Source: Minisyncoccota bacterium (GTDB lineage Bacteria; Patescibacteriota; Minisyncoccia; UBA6257; JAGOQP01). Taken from it: DNA of 64,000 nucleotides. Of the stretch, positions 17,827 to 27,059 are shown piece after piece. The position numbers and the translations under genes are program-made. The notes beneath the pieces were generated by a model. That model did no database searches, was not told the DNA's origin, and saw only the letters and a list, made by a program, of their open reading frames with translations. The stretch is taken from NCBI GenBank assembly GCA_041665445.1, contig JBAYIV010000001.1:6334-70333 (forward strand). The letters are read 5' to 3'. Position 1 is the first letter of the stretch. Every line of letters begins with the position of its first letter.

Positions 17827-18468
17827 TTATCCCTTGTGTGCGTTTCCCATCTCGGGTTCGTCGGGACACGCTTCGTCGCACTCGTCGCTCTCCCGCTCAA
17901 TAAGTGCAATGATTTTATCAACCAATTCTTTGGGGTTGGATGAAAAAACGAGCTTCCCAGTTCCACGATGCGCCTTGGCGATGATTTCTTTGATAATATC
18001 ATCAGTTGCCCACGGCCCCTCCAAAACGCCGATTGGCTTGTTGTCCTCAAAAGCAATGGTGAACTCATTAAATGTTCCAATGCGCCCGCACCCGATAATA
18101 ACCGCATCGGATGAGCGCGTCATAAGCAGGTTGCGTCCCGCATAACCAAACCCGGTGTACACAATCAGATCATGAAACTCAAATGGCAATTTATACACAT
18201 TAGCATGTTCGTGATCGGTGGCCGCGGGAGAAACACCAATGGCCATACCACCGGCCTCTTTAGCGCCACGAGCAACCCAAAAGGGAAACCCCGTTGTCGC
18301 GCCGTCAATTAATATGGCGCCCCGCGATGCAATCTCTTTCCCAAGCGTCATGGCTATTTCAAACGATCCCTCGCCGCATTGTTCCGTTTGCGCCGCTCCC
18401 GAAACGCAAATACGATACCGAACGTGGTCAGAATCGCCCGCATGAACCGATGCTGTACTAGATGTCAT
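17827..18468 (-). CDS. LOG/TIGR00725-like Rossmann-fold (SLOG superfamily) protein, copy 1
   Basis: …ICVSGAAQ…IDGATTGFPFWVARGAKEAGGMAIGVSP…IIGCGRIGTFNEFTIAF… matches the PGGxGTxxE-like LOG family signature. Start trimmed to MTSSTASV. Confidence 0.65.
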   Translation of the reverse strand: MTSSTASVHAGDSDHVRYRICVSGAAQTEQCGEGSFEIAMTLGKEIASRGAILIDGATTGFPFWVARGAKEAGGMAIGVSPAATDHEHANVYKLPFEFHDLIVYTGFGYAGRNLLMTRSSDAVIIGCGRIGTFNEFTIAFEDNKPIGVLEGPWATDDIIKEIIAKAHRGTGKLVFSSNPKELVDKIIALIERESDECDEACPDEPEMGNAHKG

Positions 18469-18478
18469 ATAAAAAATA

Positions 18479-19114
18479 TTATTGATCCGCAAGATCGCGA
18501 AGTTCTTCAATGGTTTGATGTTCCGTCTCCGCTTTCCCGCGCGCCCGATGGGCGTGAATCAACAAATCGACTCGAGCGACCAACGCCTGCGGATCCGAAT
18601 CAAACACCACCGCCACATTTTCTCCTCGGGCCTTGGCGATGATTTCTTTGATAATGTCATCAGTTGCCCACGGCCCCTCCAAAACGCCGATTGGCTTATG
18701 ATCCTCAAAAGCCGTTGTAAATTCATGAAACGTTCCGATCCGACCACAACCAACAATCACCGCATCGGATGATTGCGTGAGCAAAATATCTCGCCCGGAA
18801 TATCCAAACCCGGTATACATAATCAAGTCGTGCCACGCAGTCGGCAAATGGTATGTATGCACATGCTGGCGTCGACTGGCGGCAGGAGAAAAACCAATAA
18901 CGCGCCCCCCCGCCTCTTTGGCGCCCTGGCTGGCAAAAAAAGGAAACCCGGTTGTCGCGCCATCAATAAGAATGGCGCCCGAGGCCGCGATCGCGGCACC
19001 CAACAAGCGCGCCTTTTCTTCCGCTCCCTCTCCGCAATGAGCAACGTCGGCAGCTCCCGACACGCATATTTTGTACGCCTGAGGCGCAGTATAAAGTTGG
19101 TTATCGTCACCCAT
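18479..19114 (-). CDS. LOG/TIGR00725-like Rossmann-fold (SLOG superfamily) protein, copy 2 (tandem paralog)
   Basis: Same motif set (…IDGATTGFPFFASQGAKEAGGRVIGFSP…VIVGCGRIGTFHEFTTAF…). A DNA stretch about 150 bp long is near-identical between copies (18000-18150 vs 18630-18790). Confidence 0.65.
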   Translation of the reverse strand: MGDDNQLYTAPQAYKICVSGAADVAHCGEGAEEKARLLGAAIAASGAILIDGATTGFPFFASQGAKEAGGRVIGFSPAASRRQHVHTYHLPTAWHDLIMYTGFGYSGRDILLTQSSDAVIVGCGRIGTFHEFTTAFEDHKPIGVLEGPWATDDIIKEIIAKARGENVAVVFDSDPQALVARVDLLIHAHRARGKAETEHQTIEELRDLADQ

Positions 19115-19159
19115 GCTGGTGTATAGTATCGCGTCTAGTATACCGTCAAAATGTCAGAA

Positions 19160-20509
19160 CTACAACAATTCGTATGATGATCCGGGGCGCGGCACCATGG
19201 CGTCAATCGCAAAATTATCTCTTATTTTTTCGGCAAGGGGCTCGCTTTGATCAAGCTCTCCTTGAACGACAAAAACTTTTTTGAGCGACGCGCGCATGGA
19301 TCCAACCCATTTAAGCAGTAACGGTTGATCGGCATGTGCCGAATAGGCGCCCACCGCCTTAACCGCGCAATGAACCGGCACGCGCTCTCCCATGATCGTC
19401 ACCTCCGGCGCACCATCCAAAATAGCGCGCCCCAATGTTCCCTCGGTTTGATAACCGACAATGAGAATCGTACTTCTCGCATCGGACAAATAGCGGATCT
19501 CGTGATGCAGAATCCGACCGCCGTTAGACATCCCCGATCCAGCGATAATAACCTTGGGAGGAGGAATCTCGTTGATCTCTTTCGATTCTTCCTTAGTCAG
19601 CGTAAAACGCAATCCTTTAAAATCAAAAATGTCTTCCCCATGCCGCAATCGCGCCAAAGCCTCCGCATCAAAGAAGTGCGGGTCGCGCATATATTTTTCA
19701 TAAACGGCGGTCAATTTGATAGCCAAGGGACTATCAATAAAAATCGGCACTTTGGGAATGCGCCCATGATCAGCTAGATCGCTCAATTCATATAAAAGTT
19801 CCTGCGTACGCTCCATGGCAAATGCCGGAATAAGCAATGTTCCCTGCTTGGCAACGGTATCTTCGATGGCATCTTCCAAAATAGTTTTCCGCTCGGCCAC
19901 CGATTCGTGCACGCGGTTGCCGTATGCCGATTCCACCAACGCATAGTTTGCCTCGTGGATATACTCCGTTTCACGCACCAGCGGCGCGGGAACATTGCCC
20001 AAGTCGCCGGAAAATGCGACGCTCACGCCTCGATGCGTTACCTTAATGCTCGCTGATCCCAAAATGTGCCCCGCATCATACAATTCAACGCTCATCTGAC
20101 CGATGCTCATCGGCTGATGGTACGGAACCGCGCGCCATAACGAAAGAGCGCCATCAATATCCTCAATGCCATAGATCGGCTCTCGCGATGACTCGCGCTC
20201 CATTAAATGCTGTGCATCAAGCAATAATTCACGCGCCACATCGCGCGTGGGAGCCGTTGAATAAATGGGACCGCGATAGCCGTCTTTATAAAGCTTAGGC
20301 ACTCGGCCGATGTGGTCGATGTGCGCATGCGTAATAAAAAGAGCCGCAACGCTCTTGATGTCAAACTCAAACGGCTGCGTGTTGAGCGCTTCTTCGGCCG
20401 CGGTTCCCTGATGCAACCCGCAATCAATAAGCAGTGACGTTTCGCCGTCGCTCAAAAGGTAATTTGATCCCGTTACCTGTCCCGCGCCCCCTAAAAAAGT
20501 AAGTTTCAT
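19160..20509 (-). CDS. MBL-fold β-CASP ribonuclease (RNase J / CPSF-like), 449 aa
   Basis: HxHxDH motif (ITHAHIDHIG). β-CASP region, and a C-terminal RNA-metabolising MBL region. Confidence 0.8.
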   Translation of the reverse strand: MKLTFLGGAGQVTGSNYLLSDGETSLLIDCGLHQGTAAEEALNTQPFEFDIKSVAALFITHAHIDHIGRVPKLYKDGYRGPIYSTAPTRDVARELLLDAQHLMERESSREPIYGIEDIDGALSLWRAVPYHQPMSIGQMSVELYDAGHILGSASIKVTHRGVSVAFSGDLGNVPAPLVRETEYIHEANYALVESAYGNRVHESVAERKTILEDAIEDTVAKQGTLLIPAFAMERTQELLYELSDLADHGRIPKVPIFIDSPLAIKLTAVYEKYMRDPHFFDAEALARLRHGEDIFDFKGLRFTLTKEESKEINEIPPPKVIIAGSGMSNGGRILHHEIRYLSDARSTILIVGYQTEGTLGRAILDGAPEVTIMGERVPVHCAVKAVGAYSAHADQPLLLKWVGSMRASLKKVFVVQGELDQSEPLAEKIRDNFAIDAMVPRPGSSYELL

Positions 20510-20547
20510 AAATACTGTGGTATACTTTCAGAAAATCATACCACATT

Positions 20548-20931
20548 ATGAGCCCATTCTCAAAAGAAACATTGCCATTTGAAGAAACTTCAAGAAACGG
20601 CTTCGTGGGACTCGAGGAAGACGATCCGAGAATTCCTCAAAAGATCGGAGGGTTTGAGAATATAGAAGCAAGTGACATCGACCACCAGCGTAAAATCGCT
20701 GTTTTCTGGTACCACGATGGCGTCCGCGCCAAATGGCAACTCATCAAAACTCCCGATGGCAAGGAACGCGCACTCATCCTTGCGCGGATGAGCAATGGAA
20801 CCAGCACCGGCACTTTTATTTCAAGCCGAGATATTTCGGATACGATTAAAATCGTATGCGCCCTCTTTACCGATAAAAAAACAAAAAACCAGGGCACGAC
20901 CGCTAAAGAATCAGATCTTCCTTTCTCTTAA
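20548..20931 (+). CDS. Hypothetical protein, 127 aa (the lone plus-strand gene in a minus-strand block)
   Basis: Open frame. A TGgTATACT extended -10-like element lies about 25 nt upstream. No family recognised. Confidence 0.4.
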   Translation: MSPFSKETLPFEETSRNGFVGLEEDDPRIPQKIGGFENIEASDIDHQRKIAVFWYHDGVRAKWQLIKTPDGKERALILARMSNGTSTGTFISSRDISDTIKIVCALFTDKKTKNQGTTAKESDLPFS

Positions 20932-22151
20932 TTTTTCTTCAACAAAGAGACGATTGTCTCCCGCTCAGACCATGGTTCTCGTGCTCCGCGCGGCCCATGA
21001 ATCCATTGTTCCGACCCTTTGCCCGTCGCCACCACCACATCTCCAGGACGAGCCAGACTAATCGCGCGCGCCAGCGCTGCCTTTCTGTCAAGAATCTTCT
21101 CGCACACCTGTCCGCGATTATGGGCGAGCCGCTCTTTTTCAAACCCCGCACCCAACGAATCAATAATCTTCTCCGGGTCCTCGTGATAGGGGTCTTCGTT
21201 GGTGAAAATAACCACATCGCAGAACCGCGCCGCTACCGCGCCCATCACCGAACGCTTCCACTCATCGCGCCCGCCTCCCGCAGACCCAAGCACCCCAATC
21301 ACGCGACTAGATGATTTCCCTTTCAGCTCGTGAGCCAGTTGATAAATATTCTCCAATGATTCGGGAGTATGTGCATAATCAACAATAACTGCAAACGGCT
21401 CGCGGACAATAATGTTTGCGCGGCCGTCAACTCCGGGAAATGCGCGCAGTGCAGCCATAATTGTTTCGTCGCTTATCCCCTCGGTACGAGCGATCGCTCG
21501 TGCGCAGGCAATATTAATCTTATTGAACGATCCAGGGAGTGTTGCGGGGACTGTGCCATCGGATACATCGGCGGGCGAAAAAATAATCACTGGCGTTTCC
21601 GCGGCCGCGCGGATAAAAACATCTGCCTCGGCATCGTCTCGATTAACAAAGAGGCGCGCCCGATCATGACGCGTGCGGACGATTAATCGAAAAAAATCCG
21701 CTTTGGCGTCGCGATATTTTTCAAATGATCCATGCGACTCAATGTGCTCGGGATGGATCCCTAAGAATGCGCCAGCGTGCCAGGTAATCCCCCGATGACG
21801 GTGCTGCACCACTCCCTGCGATGTCACCTCGACAAATGCATAGACGCACCCTGCGCGCGCGGCGCGCCATAAAAATTTCTGGATAAAGAATCGGCCAGGC
21901 ATGGTATTGCCCGTTGTATTTTTTGCGCACGATTGACCGACGCACACCGTCGCCGACGAAAGTCCTGCGGAATTTTTTTTAGCATATGAAAAAATGTGCC
22001 ACAACAGCATCACGGTTGTTGTTTTTCCCTTTGTCCCCGTGATACCGATGACGCGCAGACGGCGCGATGGGAAACCAAACCAGAGCGCGCCAACCCACGC
22101 CAGTCCATAATGGTATCCCGAAAGCAGAAAGCGATAGATGCGCACACCCAT
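20928..22151 (-). CDS. Mur ligase family protein, MurE-like central and C-terminal domains (407 aa, N-terminal domain replaced by a short hydrophobic segment)
   Basis: P-loop IGITGTKGKTTT. DYAHTPESL (MurE-type motif). C-terminal …VVATGKGSEQWIHGPRGAREPWSERE… is Mur ligase C-domain-like. Confidence 0.65.
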   Translation of the reverse strand: MGVRIYRFLLSGYHYGLAWVGALWFGFPSRRLRVIGITGTKGKTTTVMLLWHIFSYAKKNSAGLSSATVCVGQSCAKNTTGNTMPGRFFIQKFLWRAARAGCVYAFVEVTSQGVVQHRHRGITWHAGAFLGIHPEHIESHGSFEKYRDAKADFFRLIVRTRHDRARLFVNRDDAEADVFIRAAAETPVIIFSPADVSDGTVPATLPGSFNKINIACARAIARTEGISDETIMAALRAFPGVDGRANIIVREPFAVIVDYAHTPESLENIYQLAHELKGKSSSRVIGVLGSAGGGRDEWKRSVMGAVAARFCDVVIFTNEDPYHEDPEKIIDSLGAGFEKERLAHNRGQVCEKILDRKAALARAISLARPGDVVVATGKGSEQWIHGPRGAREPWSERETIVSLLKKN

Positions 22152-22160
22152 ACTAAAACG

Positions 22161-22730
22161 TTATCGCGAACGAGCCAAAACGGCAAGCACTTTTTTAACA
22201 ACCGCCTCAAGCGTGTCTCCCCCGACCGACGGATGAGAAAGCGCTCGTGCAATGTCTTTTTTGTGATATCCCAATGCCTCTAACGCCTCAAACACATCGC
22301 TGGAAAAATCACTCTCTCCCGCACCCGACGATGGTTGTAGGGCCACCTTGTTTTTCAAATCAATAACAACCCGCGATGCGATTCTCGCGCTTACCCCACA
22401 TTGGCGAGATAAAAGTCCGTCTTTCCCCGACGCAATCATACGAGCAAGCGCCGGTGCATCGGCGGCGTTGAGCATCTTAAGAGCAATTTTGGGGCCAACG
22501 CCGGAAACAGAAATGAGCAGCTCAAAAAAAGCCCGCTCTTCTTCTGAAATAAATCCGTATAAATCATATGATTCCGGGTAAAGATAGCAGACGACACGAA
22601 GCGGTTTACCAACCCGCGCGCACGAACGAACCGCCTGAGTCGCATAAATCCGAAAGCCGATGCCTGCCACAGTCTCTACCACTACGTGCGGATCAAGCGC
22701 CGCCACCACGCCATTAATGCTGTAAATCAT
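22161..22730 (-). CDS. ruvA: Holliday junction DNA helicase subunit RuvA
   Basis: MIYSINGVV…YLYPESYDLYGFISEEERAFFELLISVSGVGPKIALKML… shows an OB-fold, tandem HhH and a C-terminal domain. Confidence 0.9.
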   Translation of the reverse strand: MIYSINGVVAALDPHVVVETVAGIGFRIYATQAVRSCARVGKPLRVVCYLYPESYDLYGFISEEERAFFELLISVSGVGPKIALKMLNAADAPALARMIASGKDGLLSRQCGVSARIASRVVIDLKNKVALQPSSGAGESDFSSDVFEALEALGYHKKDIARALSHPSVGGDTLEAVVKKVLAVLARSR

Positions 22731-22802
22731 AGCTATGCACGCAGTATAGGATAAACGGGTTTGACTTTAAAGGGGTGCTTTGATATCCTCTTCTCATTAC
22801 CT

Positions 22803-23075
22803 ATGCCACGTATCGCATCAGCAAAAAAAGCGCTCCGACAAAACATTACTCGGCGTGCAACCAATAGCGACCGCAAAGTCGCGCTCAAAAAAGCCGCAAA
22901 AGCAGTTCGCAAACTAACGTCGCAAAGTTCCTCAGAGGATATCGCGCGCGTTCTTTCTGCGCTCTATACCACCGCAGACAAAGTCGCCAAAACCAAATAT
23001 ATCAAGAAAACAAAAGCGGCGCGGATAAAGTCTCGCGCGACAAAATTCATTACCACGTTGCGCGCGCGGAGCTAG
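22803..23075 (+). CDS. rpsT: 30S ribosomal protein S20
   Basis: MPRIASAKKALRQNITRRATNSDRKVALKKAAKAVRK…. Start trimmed from the ORF-track start to the MPRIAS Met. Confidence 0.9.
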   Translation: MPRIASAKKALRQNITRRATNSDRKVALKKAAKAVRKLTSQSSSEDIARVLSALYTTADKVAKTKYIKKTKAARIKSRATKFITTLRARS

Positions 23076-23878
23076 GCAGAACAACAAAAAGAAACGAGTG
23101 CTTGATCGGGGCCTAAGAGCCCCGATTTTATATACCGGTCGCACGCAACCAACAATGCCACTTGTTTTTTATCCGACACGCTTTTGGCCATTATATTAAA
23201 TAAAAACATCGGCTCAGTGTGGCTTAAAAGTGCCAGCTCCCATTGAGCAAGGCGCTCCCCCCGCGTTGATGCCCGCAACATCCCTTGCGCATACGCAAAC
23301 GCATTTAAAAATCCTCCGCGCATATCATTAGCACGCACTGCTTGTTCGTCAATGTGCTTTCCCGACGCCCCAAGCACATCTAATTCACTGCAGAGTCCCC
23401 ATGTATCGCGGACAAAAACATCGGACAAGAAAGCACACGCTCCCGACGTAATATCATACCCATGCGTTTGTGCATATGTCTGCGCAAAAACACGCTGATG
23501 AGCCGGCGACAGCGACTTGAACTCTTTTTCTTTGTACGCAATGTCCGCGAGTAATGCGCGGTATGCCTCGGATAAACCACCCTCAAAATCCTCAACCAAA
23601 AAAACGATGTGATCAACTCGTTGTGCCGCCTCAGCCAATCGCCGCAACAGCGGATCATCAAGAACTGTGGCGCCATGAGCGCACACGCATATTTTTTTGC
23701 CTCCTTCAAAAAGATTCGTTGCCGAAACAAACGCATACGCATCAAGCAATGCCCCTTCATCGGCGCAATCAAATGATTGCACGGCTATGTCGGGATACTG
23801 TGTGCGTCGCTCCTCGACTAATTCGCGCACAAACCCAGCACGGCGGTAATGATCGGATCCAGAAAGAACGTAGAGCAT
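23072..23878 (-). CDS. holA: DNA polymerase III δ subunit-like protein (HolA-like), 268 aa
   Basis: Clamp-loader δ-like length and helical pattern. Convergent 4-nt overlap with rpsT (the holA/rpsT neighbourhood is conserved). Sequence similarity is weak, so the call rests partly on context. Confidence 0.5.
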   Translation of the reverse strand: MLYVLSGSDHYRRAGFVRELVEERRTQYPDIAVQSFDCADEGALLDAYAFVSATNLFEGGKKICVCAHGATVLDDPLLRRLAEAAQRVDHIVFLVEDFEGGLSEAYRALLADIAYKEKEFKSLSPAHQRVFAQTYAQTHGYDITSGACAFLSDVFVRDTWGLCSELDVLGASGKHIDEQAVRANDMRGGFLNAFAYAQGMLRASTRGERLAQWELALLSHTEPMFLFNIMAKSVSDKKQVALLVACDRYIKSGLLGPDQALVSFCCSA

Positions 23879-23884
23879 GGCTGA

Positions 23885-25216
23885 CTACTCAAATTGAGTT
23901 GCCTCGCGCTTAGGCACGAGCGATTTATCCGTCGGCAATTCAATCGAAAACGTGGTGCCACGATTAAGTTCTGACTCTACCACAATTGATCCGCCATGAC
24001 GCACGATAATGTTTTTGGTGATATACAGCCCCAATCCCGTACCATTGGGGGCGACTTTCATCGCGTTGTCCCCGCGGAAAAATTTTGTAAAAAGTTTTTC
24101 TGTTTGATCTTTCGGAATACCAATGCCCGTATCTTGAATCGTAATTTTGATGAACGGACGATCGTCTTCGTTGTGCACCCCAATGGTTACCTCGCCGTTC
24201 ACAACGTTATATTTAATCGCATTGTCCAGAAGATTGAAAAGCGCCATGCTCATTTTTTGCTGATCAATAAAAACTGGCGGCACCGGTTTTGCCGGACGCT
24301 GAAAATACAGCGTAACGCCATACTGGCCAGCCACGACTTGCGCATCGGCGAGCACGGTTGAAAGAAAATCAACAATGCTGACATCGGCAAATTGATAACC
24401 AAACCGCCCCTCTTCCATCTTCGACACATCAAGCAAGTCATTAACCGTCTTAAGCATTAATTTTGAAGCGACATATCCAGTATCGATGAGTTCTTTTTGG
24501 CTTTGGGTCACCGTTTCTTTCTCGAGCGCTTCAAGCGCCCAGGTAACCGCGGTTAATGGCGTACGCAATTGATGAGCCGCGATGGAAATAAACTCGCTTT
24601 TAGCGCGCAGGAGCTCGGCCTCACGCGTGCGGTTGGTAATCATCTTCACAAACCCCACCAGCTGTCCGGCGGCATCAAAAATACGATTGGTAACGACGCG
24701 CAGCTCAAGGTGCGGATTTTCAAAAACAATATCAACCACGCTTGGATAGACCCCCTCGTCTGACTGCTGAACAACACTAGGGGCCAATGAGGTGAAAACG
24801 ACCTGTGCCAATGCCTTGAATTGTGGGTTGGATACCATCGTGGTTGAAAGAACCTGGCCAACAATCTCTTCTTCTCGCACGCCAAAAATTTCAGCCGCTG
24901 CCTGGTTAAAAATAAGCACCGAAAAATTCGTATTGTATGCCAAAACACCCGTACCGATATAGGAAATAACGCTCTCCATCTGGCCTGATTGCGTTTTAAC
25001 ATCCAAGCTCGCCGCCGCCAAGCGCCATCCCACAACCCCCGTAATAGTAATTGCAACCGCCGCAATCCCCAAAACAATAATACCCCACGGCAACGACAAA
25101 AAAGAAAACCCAATAATCACCAGAATAAGAAAAAGTGGAAGCATGTAAAAAACCAGCCGCAATTCGGGCTGTTTAACCAATTCCTTGGTGGGATAGGGAA
25201 AGTGCGATTGTGGCAT
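23885..25216 (-). CDS. Sensor histidine kinase (2 TM + PAS + HisKA + HATPase_c), 443 aa; no cognate response regulator adjacent
   Basis: H-box …SIAAHQLRTPLTAV…. N/G boxes …IQDTGIGIPKDQTEKLFTKFFRGD…GTGLGLYITKNIIVRHGG…. Confidence 0.9.
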   Translation of the reverse strand: MPQSHFPYPTKELVKQPELRLVFYMLPLFLILVIIGFSFLSLPWGIIVLGIAAVAITITGVVGWRLAAASLDVKTQSGQMESVISYIGTGVLAYNTNFSVLIFNQAAAEIFGVREEEIVGQVLSTTMVSNPQFKALAQVVFTSLAPSVVQQSDEGVYPSVVDIVFENPHLELRVVTNRIFDAAGQLVGFVKMITNRTREAELLRAKSEFISIAAHQLRTPLTAVTWALEALEKETVTQSQKELIDTGYVASKLMLKTVNDLLDVSKMEEGRFGYQFADVSIVDFLSTVLADAQVVAGQYGVTLYFQRPAKPVPPVFIDQQKMSMALFNLLDNAIKYNVVNGEVTIGVHNEDDRPFIKITIQDTGIGIPKDQTEKLFTKFFRGDNAMKVAPNGTGLGLYITKNIIVRHGGSIVVESELNRGTTFSIELPTDKSLVPKREATQFE

Positions 25217-25225
25217 AGGCGTTGT

Positions 25226-26458
25226 TTACGACGTGGGAAGATTATAGAGATACACCGTGTGGTCAAGACGATTGATAAAGAAAAGCTGCGTTGCCGTCGC
25301 CCACAAAGAAACAACATCCAGCAAAACGTCCGACGCGGTTACCAGAGGCGTCAGCGAAGAAAATGCATCGCCCCCTATGCTATACAAAGAATCATGAAAA
25401 TAAACGTCGCCGCGCACATAGTCGTTCAAAATATTTAAATCATTTCCTTTGTCGTTTTCTCGCGGGACACCGCAGAAAAATCTTTTTCCGTCTAGAGCAA
25501 AAATACATTTATCGGCGATGGTTGCCATCGTCAGCGATCCCCGCTGTTTATTTTCACCATCAAGAAAACTTACCGCCATCGACGTTCCGTTTGGAGATGC
25601 CACAAATTGTGCGGCGACAGAGGGAGACGCGCCGCCAAAAACCATCGCGAGTCCATCGCCGTGGGTAACATAGTTAAGCGTTTTCTTGGTAAGATCAAAA
25701 TACCACACCTGACCATCAACTCCCGACGACGAACGAGACACGAAAAATAGCCGGCTTGCTGATGGCCAATAAATTTTTACATCAACCATCGCGAGCGAGA
25801 CAAGCGTCGTGCTGGTGCGTCGCGCTGTACCAAGGCTAATGGCTGACACGATCGCTTGACCATTGAGCTCCTTGAGAATCGCCAGTTTTGCCCCATCGGG
25901 CGAAAAAGCAACGTCCATCGTCTCCGCGGGCAATACATCCCATGCTTTTGTTTTTATATCAAAAAGGGCGTACGTTCGCGAATCAAAGAGAACGACGATT
26001 TTTGAGCCTGACTTATTTTGCCAGAGCCGAAGCGGTGTTCCAAAAGAGGATCCGGCGATCGTTTGTTCTCTGCCGATGTCCTGGATTTGCACCACATCAC
26101 CCTTGGCGTTCATATAATAAACAGCGTTGCGAATAATCCCCGACGTACTAGTGGTCGATGAAGCAACCCAGAAGACAGCGGCCGGATTAGTGGTGAGCTG
26201 AAAGAGATTATTTTTTTGTTGTTGCAGCGCCGCCGATGGCGCAGATTGATCTGGTTGACCCTGATTAACAGATAATGCCCCGGACCCCTGATTGTTGCTC
26301 CCCGATGACAGCGGAAAAGTACCTCCTCCCGACGATTGACCGGGAGTCGCCGCTTGTTTGGCGCCCTGAAGCCCAAAATACACGCCGACGCCAATAGCGG
26401 CAACAACCAAGAGAGCAATGATGATGATAATAATTCTATTTGTTGGCACGCTGTTCAT
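25226..26458 (-). CDS. Membrane-anchored protein with a β-propeller-like (TolB/PD40-like) periplasmic region, 410 aa
   Basis: N-terminal TM anchor (IIIIIIALLVVAAIGVGVYF). Repeated β-strand-rich segments with …FSPDGAKLA… type motifs. Confidence 0.45.
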   Translation of the reverse strand: MNSVPTNRIIIIIIALLVVAAIGVGVYFGLQGAKQAATPGQSSGGGTFPLSSGSNNQGSGALSVNQGQPDQSAPSAALQQQKNNLFQLTTNPAAVFWVASSTTSTSGIIRNAVYYMNAKGDVVQIQDIGREQTIAGSSFGTPLRLWQNKSGSKIVVLFDSRTYALFDIKTKAWDVLPAETMDVAFSPDGAKLAILKELNGQAIVSAISLGTARRTSTTLVSLAMVDVKIYWPSASRLFFVSRSSSGVDGQVWYFDLTKKTLNYVTHGDGLAMVFGGASPSVAAQFVASPNGTSMAVSFLDGENKQRGSLTMATIADKCIFALDGKRFFCGVPRENDKGNDLNILNDYVRGDVYFHDSLYSIGGDAFSSLTPLVTASDVLLDVVSLWATATQLFFINRLDHTVYLYNLPTS

Positions 26459-26516
26459 GGGTTCGTCTCTTATTAATCACCGACACAAAGATATGTTTAT
26501 AAAAATCTATATAATC

Positions 26517-27038
26517 CTACTTACAAAAACTCAATCCAAAATCAGTTCCAGCATATTGTTGGTCAACACTAATAGGGACACCAACAGTTACCTTTAACTT
26601 ACAAGCATCGCTCTGACTAATCCCTAATTTTTGAAGAAACGCCGCCTCTGCCTGTGTCCGCATCGCCATCACGGGTTTTTGCGAAATAGAAATAGCAAAT
26701 GAATTGTCGGGTTGATAATAGCTAATATCATATCCTGGATTGCGGGCGACAAGAGCCTCGGACCCGCCCGCGGCGACAATTACTGCGTTTTGGTAGAAAT
26801 TATTCACGGTAACCGCTCCCTGCGCGGTAGGAATACTAAAAACACTACTCGAAGACCCGGCCACTGGGGAAGGGGCCGCGGGAGACGTACTCGTTGGAGC
26901 CACAGGAAAGGTACTGCTGGCATTCCCGCCTTGCGGGGGAACGGTTGAGATTGATTGTATATACCAAAAACCCACCACCACGATGGCGACCACAAGAATA
27001 ATGATGCCGCTAATTAATACTATCTTCTTTGTATTCAT
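26517..27038 (-). CDS. Membrane-anchored hypothetical protein, 173 aa
   Basis: N-terminal TM anchor, Pro/Ser linker, then a small extracytoplasmic domain. Confidence 0.45.
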   Translation of the reverse strand: MNTKKIVLISGIIILVVAIVVVGFWYIQSISTVPPQGGNASSTFPVAPTSTSPAAPSPVAGSSSSVFSIPTAQGAVTVNNFYQNAVIVAAGGSEALVARNPGYDISYYQPDNSFAISISQKPVMAMRTQAEAAFLQKLGISQSDACKLKVTVGVPISVDQQYAGTDFGLSFCK

Positions 27039-27059
27039 ATATGGATGGACTAATTATTC

